From Thermodesulfobacterium commune DSM 2178 (GTDB lineage: Bacteria > Desulfobacterota > Thermodesulfobacteria > Thermodesulfobacteriales > Thermodesulfobacteriaceae), in assembly GCF_000734015.1 (NCBI RefSeq), contig NZ_CP008796.1, forward strand, positions 90,001 to 122,000: a DNA stretch of 32,000 nucleotides, written 5' to 3'. The translations under genes were made by a program, and so were the position numbers. The notes below the pieces were generated by a model, which was not told where the DNA came from, searched no databases, and saw nothing but the letters and a program-made list of their open reading frames with translations. This document shows, one piece after another, positions 15,397 through 24,009 of the stretch (position 1 is its first letter; the number at the start of each line of letters is the position of its first letter).

Positions 15397-17820
15397 TTAT
15401 TCAAAGACTACCAAATTTTTCCCCAGATTTTTAGCTTTGTAAAGCCTTTGATCTGCTATTTTGTATAGATCATCTAAGTTGTCGGTGTCTTCAGGTAGGC
15501 TTGCTATACCAAAACTTGCGGTGATGTTTATGGTATTATCCTCTAAATTAATGGGTGTTCCCTCGATGATAAGTCTAAGTCTTTCAGCCAGTCTACGGGC
15601 TTCATCCTTAGAAGTATAAGGAAGGATTATCATGAATTCTTCCCCTCCCCAGCGGCCAAGTATGTCCATCTCCCTTGTGTTGTTTTTAAGTATGTTAGCT
15701 ATTTGTTTTAATACGAGATCTCCGTTAAAATGTCCAAGGGTGTCGTTTACAGCCTTAAAGTTGTCAAGGTCTACAAGAATGATAGAAAGCTTGCCTCCTT
15801 TTCTTTTCCAAATACTGAATTCTTTTTTTAATACTTCTTGCAGAAAAAGTCGGTTATAAACCTTGGTAAGGTAGTCAGTATGCGATAACTCCTTTAGTTT
15901 GTTGATAAGATAGAGGTTAAAAAAGTAAAAAGAAAAGTTGCTGAGCATTTTTTTGATGTTTTCTTTTTCAAGGTCATTTAAAGGCATCTTTCTTATAAGG
16001 CTAAAAACCCCTACCACCCTTCCTTCTAAAATCAGAGGATAACAAAAGAAGTCTAAATCTTTTTCAGCTTTGACCTTTGGACAAAGTATCTCTGTCTTTT
16101 CTATCAAAATACCATGGCTGTAAGCTTTACATTCTTTAGCCTTATTCTCTATGCAACCTTTCCACAGATCTTGGTCTCCTTCTACATAGGTTGAAAGGAT
16201 CTCCCCTGTTTCTGGAGAGATTTCCAAAAATTGAAGGGTGTCTATAAAGTTTAAGAGATATTTAGAGAGAACAGAAAGGGCTTCTTTCTGAGATTTACAA
16301 AGGCTTAATTCTTTGTTAAGGGTTTCAAGTTGATAGATTGGTTTTAACTTGCTTGAGATCGCAACATAAGATTTGTCAAGGATCAACCTAAAGGCATAGG
16401 TTTCTACCGGTATTTTCTCTCCAGTCTTAGAAAGATAAAGCCTTTCTCCCTTTATTTCTTTTCCTTCGTTGGCTACCATCTGCAGGTTGGTTTTTATTTG
16501 TTGATAAGGCAGATAGACGATGTCATAGATGGTTTTATAAGCCATCTCTTTTTGGTCATAACCAAGACAGGACAAGACTGTATGATTATAAAATTTGAAG
16601 GTTCCATCTTCAGGGTCTACCACCAAAATTAAACTGTCGATAGAGTTGATTAGGTTTTGGATAAACTCTGCATGGGCTTTTAATTCGGTTAAATACCGAT
16701 GGTTATGGGTGATATCTCTTAAAACAAGATGGATTTTACCTTCCCCTTCGAGGTGAAGTTTAAGGTATGAGCCTGAAACCTCAAAAATATGTCCGTTTAA
16801 ACTTTTTATAGTTTCTTTATGGACTTTGTTGAGTTTTTTTAGCTTCCCAAATACACGGTACCAGTCTTCTTGGTCAAAAATCTCAAGCACACTTTTTTCG
16901 TCTATCGTTTCCCCAAAAATTTCGTGAGCTTTAGCACTTCCCCAGTATATTACCTGTTCATACCCTAAGTCTAAGATCTCAAGCACTATTTCAGGAAGTA
17001 TATAAAGCAAGTCTTTGGCTTGTCTGAACTTATTTTCCATATAAGAGGCATAGGTTTCTTTAGCCATACCTAATAAATCTCGAGTCGAAATGATCCCTAC
17101 AGCCCTTCCCTCTTCATCGACGATTACTAAGTGGTTGACCTTGAGATTTTTAAACTTAAGTTTTAGCTGTGAAATAGGGTCACTCTTAGAAGCTGTATAG
17201 ACCTCTTTTAAGGCTACATTACCAATTTTTTCGGAAAGATTGCTCAGCTCAAGCTTAAAGATGAAATCTTTTTCAGTAAGTATTCCTACAGGTTTTTTGT
17301 TTTCATCAACTATAGGCACAGCCCCTATGTTCTTTTCTACCATCAAACTTAAGGCTTCTTGTAAGGTGTGGTTAGGATTAAGATAGTAAAAAGGTTTGTT
17401 TTTAGTAAGATAGGCTGCGGTGATTTCTTTTTTGAAAAGCTCTGGGTCTAAAATTTCAAAGATATCTTTGTGGGTTATTATCCCTCGATAGTTTCCCTTT
17501 TGGTCGACCACTATCAGCCTTCTTATACCGTATTCTATCATGATGGTAAGGGCTACTGCTAACGGACGGTCTTCACGTATTTTTACCAGATTTTTTTGGG
17601 CAAAGTTTCTGACCTTTTCGTTTAAGGGAATACCTGCTGCTAAACATTTTATCAGGTCTCTTTCTGTAAAGATTCCTGTGGGAAAATGGTTCTCTAAAAG
17701 GACCACAAAGGTCTCTCCTGTCTTTTTCATCTTTTCTATGACTTCTTGAAAGGTAGTATTTCCGGTGATGGTTAGAGCAGGTTTAGGGATTAAACATGCC
17801 AAAAGTTCGGTAAAAACCAT
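15397..17820 (-). CDS. diguanylate cyclase with N-terminal CBS pairs, a PAS-like region and a GGDEF domain
   Basis: 807 aa. The N-terminal ~260 aa contain four CBS-like repeats (for example GIFTERDLIKCL, GIITHKDIFEIL, GILTEKDFIFKL, GIISTRDLLGMA). The middle is a PAS/GAF-like sensor region. The C-terminus has RWGGEEF (active-site GGEEF) preceded by an I-site RxxD (REMD) 5 residues upstream. Confidence 0.85.
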   Translation of the reverse strand: MVFTELLACLIPKPALTITGNTTFQEVIEKMKKTGETFVVLLENHFPTGIFTERDLIKCLAAGIPLNEKVRNFAQKNLVKIREDRPLAVALTIMIEYGIRRLIVVDQKGNYRGIITHKDIFEILDPELFKKEITAAYLTKNKPFYYLNPNHTLQEALSLMVEKNIGAVPIVDENKKPVGILTEKDFIFKLELSNLSEKIGNVALKEVYTASKSDPISQLKLKFKNLKVNHLVIVDEEGRAVGIISTRDLLGMAKETYASYMENKFRQAKDLLYILPEIVLEILDLGYEQVIYWGSAKAHEIFGETIDEKSVLEIFDQEDWYRVFGKLKKLNKVHKETIKSLNGHIFEVSGSYLKLHLEGEGKIHLVLRDITHNHRYLTELKAHAEFIQNLINSIDSLILVVDPEDGTFKFYNHTVLSCLGYDQKEMAYKTIYDIVYLPYQQIKTNLQMVANEGKEIKGERLYLSKTGEKIPVETYAFRLILDKSYVAISSKLKPIYQLETLNKELSLCKSQKEALSVLSKYLLNFIDTLQFLEISPETGEILSTYVEGDQDLWKGCIENKAKECKAYSHGILIEKTEILCPKVKAEKDLDFFCYPLILEGRVVGVFSLIRKMPLNDLEKENIKKMLSNFSFYFFNLYLINKLKELSHTDYLTKVYNRLFLQEVLKKEFSIWKRKGGKLSIILVDLDNFKAVNDTLGHFNGDLVLKQIANILKNNTREMDILGRWGGEEFMIILPYTSKDEARRLAERLRLIIEGTPINLEDNTINITASFGIASLPEDTDNLDDLYKIADQRLYKAKNLGKNLVVFE

Positions 17821-17899
17821 AGATAATCCCTAATTTAGGGTTTGATTAAAATTTAAATTATACCTAAAACTAAAAAAAAAAAACAAGCAAGATTTAGAA

Positions 17900-18387
17900 C
17901 CTAAAATTGCCGGTAAAGAATAAAATCAAAAATTTTTCTTTAATTTTTTCCAAATATTATGTATTTTCTACTCCCTTTTCTATCTACAACTTTTTCTCTT
18001 TCAAATTTTCCTGATTTTGAAATTATTATCCCATATACATTTTTAAACTCCCAGATATGGGCTCTCCCTATAAGGATAGGGAGGATAGGTTGAATATATT
18101 GCCAGGCGGTGTAACCTCTGTTTGAACCAGGTAAAGGTATTATGTTGGTCTATTAAGGTTTTTATTTTCGGAGTTTTTGAGGAAGGCATCAACAAGAGCA
18201 AGTTCTGAACGAGGGGTGATAGGTTCGTTAGTTTTTAGGATTTTGAAGTTAAGAGAGTTTTGGCATAATGGCACCCTCTTAGATTTAGAGGGTTTTTTCA
18301 CCCAATGGGTGATATTATAAATCGTTTAGAGCAATTGGAAAATGGGGAGATCATGGATGATTATAAATTTTTATCGGCAAATTAGGG
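17900..18387 (-). mobile_element. MITE-like non-autonomous element, copy 2, inverted relative to copy 1
   Basis: The complement of 18362-18387 is identical to 961-986 (CCCTAATTTGCCGATAAAAATTTATA). The far end, AAAATTGCCGGTAAAG (17904-17919), matches the other terminus. Shared internal blocks include a 21-mer identical to copy 1. The relic transposase N-terminus is frameshifted here (ATGCCAAAACTCTCTTAA). Confidence 0.7.
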
Positions 18388-18396
18388 ATATTAACT

Positions 18397-18810
18397 TTAG
18401 TTTTTTCTATCTTTACACTCAGGACAAAGCCCGATAAACACTACTTGAAAGTCTTCAACCTCACAGTTTTGAATCTCCTTAGGTAACGGAAAATTTATTT
18501 CTTGAGAAATGTCTATAACCTTTTTACAGTATTTACAGACAAAGTGGTGATGGGTATGGGTAAAGGGGTCAAATCTTTTCTTGTAAGGGTCAACTATGAT
18601 TTCTTTGATAAGTCCTTTTTTTACCAACACGTCTAAGGTGTTGTAAACGGTGGCAAAAGACATGCTTGGAAAATTTTTTTTTAAGGAATTATAGATGTCT
18701 TCTGCTGAAGGGTGTTCTTTGTTTCCTTCCAAGTATTCCAGGATGGCAATTCTTTGAGGGGTTAGTTTTATCCCTAAACTTTTGTAAAATTCTAACTTTT
18801 TTTCATCCAT
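18397..18810 (-). CDS. Fur-family metalloregulator (Fur/PerR/Zur type)
   Basis: 137 aa with a winged-helix N-terminus (LTPQRIAILEYL), HTHHHFVCKYCKK and a C-terminal CPEC zinc site. Confidence 0.85.
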   Translation of the reverse strand: MDEKKLEFYKSLGIKLTPQRIAILEYLEGNKEHPSAEDIYNSLKKNFPSMSFATVYNTLDVLVKKGLIKEIIVDPYKKRFDPFTHTHHHFVCKYCKKVIDISQEINFPLPKEIQNCEVEDFQVVFIGLCPECKDRKN

Positions 18811-18872
18811 CTTTCCTCACCTCAACAACTTATTTTCTATTATTTTAAAACATTTTTTAATTTGTTCAAGGT

Positions 18873-19223
18873 TTAAATTTGTAAAATTTTAATTCCTATA
18901 CAATAATTTTTTAACGTTTCTAAGGTTGAAGGGTCTTTGGATAGTGCCTCTATCAGAGGCCATTCTTTACATTTTTTAGGTTTTACCGGATGTATCGTAC
19001 AGAGTTTTTCTTTTTTATCAAAGAAGATACAATACCCATCCTTGGTTTTCATCTCAACCCTGTATTTCCCGACCTTAACTGTATACTTTTCTCTAAAGAC
19101 TTCCTCTGGGAGGTTTAAAAATTGGGCTATTCTAAGAATTTCTTCTTGGGTTAAAGAGACAGTACTTTCTCCTTGGCAACAGGTACCACAACGTTGGCAG
19201 GTAAAACCTTCTAACTTAAGCAT
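18873..19223 (-). CDS. YkgJ-family CxxCxxCC cysteine-cluster protein
   Basis: 116 aa with the CQRCGTCC motif near the N-terminus plus further conserved Cys. It overlaps the queC end by 8 nt. Confidence 0.7.
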   Translation of the reverse strand: MLKLEGFTCQRCGTCCQGESTVSLTQEEILRIAQFLNLPEEVFREKYTVKVGKYRVEMKTKDGYCIFFDKKEKLCTIHPVKPKKCKEWPLIEALSKDPSTLETLKNYCIGIKILQI

Positions 19224-19917
19224 ATTCTATTGGGTCCTCTATACCGGCTTCTTTAAAGGCTTTAAGCCTTATTTGACAAGAGTCACATCTTCCGCAGGCT
19301 TTTTCCGTTTCTCTGTAGCAAGACCAGGTGAGATGAAAGGGAGTATTAAGTTTTATACCAAGCTCTACGATTTCTTTTTTAGACAGATGGATAAGAGGGG
19401 TTTCTATCATAATTTTTGTCTCAGGTTTGGTTCCAAGGTTTGCTGCCTGGTTAAAGGCTTGAATAAATTCTTTTCTACAATCTGGATATCCAGAAAAATC
19501 TATTTCGTTTACTCCTATAAAGATTTTCTCTGCTCCTATCACCTCAGCCCAAGCTACCGCCAAACTTAAAAATACTCCATTTCTAAAAGGTACGTAGGTA
19601 GAAGGAATTTCTTGCGTATTTAAAGACTCAGAAATTTCAATTTCCTCTGAGGTAAGGCTTGAGCCACCGATTATTTTAAAAAAAGTTAGTTCTACTACTA
19701 AATATTTTTGAGGTTTAAAGTGGTCAACCAATCGGTAAAAACATTCAAGTTCTTTTTTAGCAGCCTTTTGCCCATACTGAAAATGTAGAAAAGCCAAGGC
19801 ATGTTCTTGGGCTGCAACACTTGCACATACAGCACTATCCATCCCGGCACTCAACAAAACTAACGCAAGATCAGCTTTTCTATTTTTATGGTTATTTAAG
19901 GACATTTTTAACCTCAA
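19216..19917 (-). CDS. queC: 7-cyano-7-deazaguanine synthase
   Basis: 233 aa with the PP-loop LLSAGMDS and the C-terminal zinc cluster CYRETEKACGRCDSCQIRLKAF. Confidence 0.88.
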   Translation of the reverse strand: MRLKMSLNNHKNRKADLALVLLSAGMDSAVCASVAAQEHALAFLHFQYGQKAAKKELECFYRLVDHFKPQKYLVVELTFFKIIGGSSLTSEEIEISESLNTQEIPSTYVPFRNGVFLSLAVAWAEVIGAEKIFIGVNEIDFSGYPDCRKEFIQAFNQAANLGTKPETKIMIETPLIHLSKKEIVELGIKLNTPFHLTWSCYRETEKACGRCDSCQIRLKAFKEAGIEDPIEYA

Positions 19918-20133
19918 GAAAAAACTTTTTGAAAGTTTATCTATTTTAGCATATTACCCTCGAATTTCAACAAAAAAAACGAAAAAGCAACCGATGGTAT
20001 TTTAAGGTTTGTAAAAAACATAAACAGAGTCTATAGATCTCTATAATAACATATTTCAAAAAAACTTCAACTTGCAATTTTTTGATTTTATTTTTAAAAT
20101 AATAAATATTTTAATTTAAAAAAGGAGGTCTTT

Positions 20134-20655
20134 ATGGAAAGAAAGGGTTTAGTTTATTTTATGGGTAATCCTTTAACTCTTGTAGGTAGTGAGATCAGGG
20201 TGGGGGATAAAGCTCCTGATTTTGTGGTGTTGAATCAAGAGTTAAAAGAGGTGACGTTAAAGGATTTGGCAGGGAAGATCAAGCTGATTAGTGTTACCCC
20301 TTCTCTTGATACCCCTGTATGTGACATGCAAGCACGCAAATTTAACGAATTAACCGCTAAGCTTTCAGAAGATATTGTAGTTTTAAACATAAGCATGGAT
20401 TTACCCTTTGCTATAGCGAGATTTTGCTCTGGTGCAGGAATAGAAAGGGTGTTAGTCCTTTCTGACCATCGAGAGGCATCTTTTGGATTAAACTACGGTG
20501 TTCTTATAAAAGAACTTAGACTACTTGCTCGCAGTATTTTCATAATAGATAGAGAAAACACCGTTAGATACATAGAAATAGTACCGGAAATTACTAACGA
20601 ACCTGATTATCAAAAAGCTCTGGAAGTAGTAAATAATTTGATTAAAGAGGGATAA
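20134..20655 (+). CDS. tpx: thiol peroxidase (atypical 2-Cys peroxiredoxin)
   Basis: 173 aa with the SVTPSLDTPVCDMQ peroxidatic Cys motif and a strong SD (AAGGAGG) 5 nt upstream. Confidence 0.9.
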   Translation: MERKGLVYFMGNPLTLVGSEIRVGDKAPDFVVLNQELKEVTLKDLAGKIKLISVTPSLDTPVCDMQARKFNELTAKLSEDIVVLNISMDLPFAIARFCSGAGIERVLVLSDHREASFGLNYGVLIKELRLLARSIFIIDRENTVRYIEIVPEITNEPDYQKALEVVNNLIKEG

Positions 20656-20660
20656 GTAAT

Positions 20661-21272
20661 ATGAAAGTTTTGATAGTTTACTATAGCACTTATGGTAATA
20701 CTTATAAAATGGCTTTAGAGATAGCAGAAGGGGTAAAGCTTGTTGCCGGGGCAGAACCAGTTATAAGAACAGTTCCTGAACTTATACCAGAAGAAATTAT
20801 TTCCTCAAGAGAAGATATTAGAAAGGGAAAGGAGATGCAAAAGCATATACCCTTAGTGAGTTTAGAAGATTTTCGGGAGGCTGGAGCTATTGCTTTCGGG
20901 ACTCCTACCAGGTTTGGAGTGGTTTCTGCTCAACTAAAAAACCAGATAGATAAACTTACGCCCTTGTGGTTTGAAAGGGCTTTAGAAGGTAAACCTGCAG
21001 GGATTTTCGTTTCTACCTCTACTCCTCACGGAGGACAAGAGATGACCATATTTTCGTTACTTCCGGCTATACTTCATTTAGGAATGATTTTTGTAGGAGT
21101 CCCTTATTCTGTTAAAGAGTTATTTTATACCAAAGGTGGTGGATCTCCTTATGGTCCAGGGCATGTTGCAGGTACTGATAATGTTAGAGAAATCGACGAG
21201 GAAGAAAAGGCCATCTTAAGAGCATTTGGTAAAAGATTGGCGGAAATAGGGTTAAAACTACAAAAAACCTGA
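20661..21272 (+). CDS. wrbA: NAD(P)H:quinone oxidoreductase, WrbA-type flavodoxin-like
   Basis: 203 aa with the N-terminus MKVLIVYYSTYGNTYKMA and the GTPTRFG motif. Confidence 0.85.
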   Translation: MKVLIVYYSTYGNTYKMALEIAEGVKLVAGAEPVIRTVPELIPEEIISSREDIRKGKEMQKHIPLVSLEDFREAGAIAFGTPTRFGVVSAQLKNQIDKLTPLWFERALEGKPAGIFVSTSTPHGGQEMTIFSLLPAILHLGMIFVGVPYSVKELFYTKGGGSPYGPGHVAGTDNVREIDEEEKAILRAFGKRLAEIGLKLQKT

Positions 21273-21424
21273 AATATCTTAAGTATTTGAGGAAAAATCA
21301 TAATCATAGTTTAACAAACCTTTGCCAAATTAAAATAAGTCTAAAGGACCCAAAAGGGAGAAAATACTTTAATATCAAATTTTGAGGTTTTCTTTTTTTT
21401 AAAAAAGGTTAAAATAGATTAGTC

Positions 21425-22825
21425 ATGGGAGGAATCAAGGCAAAACCTTGGGGTGGTAGGTTTCAAGAAGAGTTAGACAAGTTTTTTGAAGAATTCTCAG
21501 AATCAATTTCTTTTGACCACGAGTTAGCCTTGTATGAGATCAAGGCAAGCCTTGCCTATGCTGAGGCTTTGAAAGAGGCAGGAGTTCTTTTAGAAGAGGA
21601 ATGTCTTGCTATCAAAAAAGGTCTTCTTGAAATAGAGGAAGAAATAAAAGCAGGACTTTTTCTCTTTCGTAAGGAATATGAAGACGTTCACATGAATATA
21701 GAGAAGGCCCTTTTTGAAAAAATAGGAGAAGTAGCTTATAAACTTCATACAGGAAGAAGCAGAAACGAGCAGGTGGTAACAGATTTCAGACTGTATTTAG
21801 CTGACCGGGTAAAAGAAATAAAGATAGAATTAAAAAGTTTGATGCAAGCGACTGTAGATAAGGCAGAGGAATATTATGGAGTTATAATGCCTGGTTTTAC
21901 CCACCTTCAGCATGCCCAGCCAGTTCTTTTTTCTCACTGGATCATGGCTTACTATGAGATGATGAAATATCATTTTCAGAGATTAGAAGACTACGAGAAA
22001 CGGCTAAAGATTTGTCCTCTGGGGAGTTCTGCTTTCGCAGGTTGTGCCTTTGGGATAGACCGAAAAAAGCTTGCAGAGAAGCTTGGTTTTATAGAACCAA
22101 CCCAAAATAGTGTTTTTGCAGTTAGTTCAAGGGATTTTGCGTTAGAGCTTCTTTTTGTGTTAAGTCTTATAATGTTAGACCTTTCTCGTTGGTGTGAAGA
22201 GCTTATCATCTGGATGAGCCCTGAATTTTCCTTTATCGACCTTCCTGACAGGTTTTGTACCGGAAGTTCTCTTATGCCTCAAAAGAAAAATCCTGACGGA
22301 GCTGAGCTTATTCGTGGAAAGGCCTCTTCAGTAAACGCAGCTTTTAACCAACTTTGGGGTTTAATGAAAGGTCTTCCTTTAAGTTATAACCGTGACATGC
22401 AAGAAGATAAACCTCCTGTTTTTAAGGCTGTTAAGACTACCTGGCAGTGTTTAAGGCTCATGTCTTTGATGGTGTCAGGTTTAATCCTTAAAAAAGAAAA
22501 CATAGAAAAACACCTTTCCCAAGGCTATCTTTTAGCTACCGAACTTGCCGACTATCTGGTAAGTAAAGGTATTCCTTTTAGGAAGGCTCATCATATAACC
22601 GGACAGATCGTTTATTATGCAGAAAAAGAGAAAAAGAGCTTAGAAAATTTAACCCTTTCTGAGTTTAAAGCCTTTTCTGATAGGATAGAAGCAGATGTAT
22701 ATAACTGGCTTACCATAGAAAATGCTATAAAAAGAAGAGAGATCTTGGGTGGGACAGGTTTTAACATGGTAAAACAAGCGATAGAATTGGCTAAAAAGGA
22801 ACTTTCTGAAAGGTTTAATGTTTAG
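21425..22825 (+). CDS. argH: argininosuccinate lyase
   Basis: 466 aa with the WGGRF N-terminal motif, GFTHLQHAQP, and the fumarate-lyase signature GSSLMPQKKNPD. Confidence 0.93.
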   Translation: MGGIKAKPWGGRFQEELDKFFEEFSESISFDHELALYEIKASLAYAEALKEAGVLLEEECLAIKKGLLEIEEEIKAGLFLFRKEYEDVHMNIEKALFEKIGEVAYKLHTGRSRNEQVVTDFRLYLADRVKEIKIELKSLMQATVDKAEEYYGVIMPGFTHLQHAQPVLFSHWIMAYYEMMKYHFQRLEDYEKRLKICPLGSSAFAGCAFGIDRKKLAEKLGFIEPTQNSVFAVSSRDFALELLFVLSLIMLDLSRWCEELIIWMSPEFSFIDLPDRFCTGSSLMPQKKNPDGAELIRGKASSVNAAFNQLWGLMKGLPLSYNRDMQEDKPPVFKAVKTTWQCLRLMSLMVSGLILKKENIEKHLSQGYLLATELADYLVSKGIPFRKAHHITGQIVYYAEKEKKSLENLTLSEFKAFSDRIEADVYNWLTIENAIKRREILGGTGFNMVKQAIELAKKELSERFNV

Positions 22826-23780
22826 TCAAACTCAAGCTTACGAAAAACAAGAAATTAACAAGGTGACCCCCCATGTATTACTTTGCTATGATGGGAGTCC
22901 CTCAAGTTATCGTGCTTTAGCCTATTTAAAACAGGTTTTTTATCAAACCGAGCTAAACATAACGGTCCTTAAACTAATAGAACATCCAGACAAAACTTCA
23001 TCCCAGTGGGAAACAAGTTTGATAAAGAAGTTTAAAAGAGAAGATGAGATAGAAAAAAAAGCTCGTGAAGTTTTTTTAAATGCAGAAAAAGAGTTAAAAA
23101 ATGTGGCTAGTTCTTTAGAAAAGTATGTCAGGGGAAAGGTTTTTTTTAAGGTTCAATTTCGAGTAGGACATCTGGCAGAAGATATCTTAAGGATAGCTCG
23201 GGAAAATCTTTTTGATGGTATTGTGGTAGGAAGAAGAGGTCTTTCTAAGCTTAGTACCTATTTTATAGGGGGAGTGACCCATAGACTACTTGAAAAGTGT
23301 TGTCTACCAATTTGGTTAATCAGAGGAGAACGATGGAATAAAAAATTTTTAGTAGGCTTAGACCTTGGAGAAATGGGTTTAAGGGTGGTTGATTATGTAA
23401 GTTTTGTTCTTTCTTTTCATCCAGAGGCAGAGATTACCTTTTTTCACATTTTTTATCCCTTTTCCTCTAAAAAAAGTTTCGAAGGTAGTTTTTCTGAGGC
23501 TTTAAAGGAGTTAAAACATCCTGAATATCAGGATTTTTTAACCAAAGCCAACAATCTTATCTTAGAAAATGGTCTGCCTAAGGAAAAAATTAGACTTATA
23601 ATGAAAAGAGGCTTTTTAGGCCCCGCTGCAGAGATCATTAAAATGGCTAAAAAAGGGGATTATTCTACTATAGTACTTGGAAGAAGAGGAAGGGGAAGTT
23701 TAACCAAGTTTTTCTTAGGTTCAGTAAGTCATAAAGTAACTACCTATTTTGAGGACCGTACTGTTTGGTTGGTAATATAA
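22818..23780 (+). CDS. tandem universal stress protein (two UspA domains)
   Basis: 320 aa with two Usp-type ATP-binding C-termini (VVGRRGLSKLSTYFIGGVTHRLL and VLGRRGRGSLTKFFLGSVSHKV). The start overlaps the argH stop. Confidence 0.8.
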   Translation: MFSQTQAYEKQEINKVTPHVLLCYDGSPSSYRALAYLKQVFYQTELNITVLKLIEHPDKTSSQWETSLIKKFKREDEIEKKAREVFLNAEKELKNVASSLEKYVRGKVFFKVQFRVGHLAEDILRIARENLFDGIVVGRRGLSKLSTYFIGGVTHRLLEKCCLPIWLIRGERWNKKFLVGLDLGEMGLRVVDYVSFVLSFHPEAEITFFHIFYPFSSKKSFEGSFSEALKELKHPEYQDFLTKANNLILENGLPKEKIRLIMKRGFLGPAAEIIKMAKKGDYSTIVLGRRGRGSLTKFFLGSVSHKVTTYFEDRTVWLVI

Positions 23781-23803
23781 AGCAAGCATAGGTAAAAAAA
23801 ACG

Positions 23804-23992
23804 ATGAAATGTCCCATCTGTCATAAACATGTAAAGTTAAAAAATAATCCTTATCGTCCTTTTTGTTCTAAGGAGTGTAAACTTGCAGACCTTTACAACT
23901 GGCTAAAGGAGGAGTATAAAATAAGAGAAGAAAAGGAATGGCTGGAGAAGCCTTTACCTCAAGAGGAAGTTTACGTAGACAAAGAAGAATAA
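23804..23992 (+). CDS. yacG: DNA gyrase inhibitor YacG (zinc finger)
   Basis: 62 aa with CPIC...PFCSKECKLADLYNWL, matching the YacG signature. Confidence 0.8.
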   Translation: MKCPICHKHVKLKNNPYRPFCSKECKLADLYNWLKEEYKIREEKEWLEKPLPQEEVYVDKEE

Positions 23993-24009
23993 AAGATGGA
24001 GCATAAAAA

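Noticed and set aside
18937-19569. 210-aa plus-strand ORF
   Set aside because: It is antisense to the well-supported ykgJ-like and queC genes, so it is a shadow ORF.
19918-20060. preQ1 riboswitch in the queC leader (minus strand)
   Set aside because: The leader lacks the short P1 hairpin followed by the conserved CCC...AAAAAACUA tail of preQ1-I, and I could not fit preQ1-II or preQ1-III features either.
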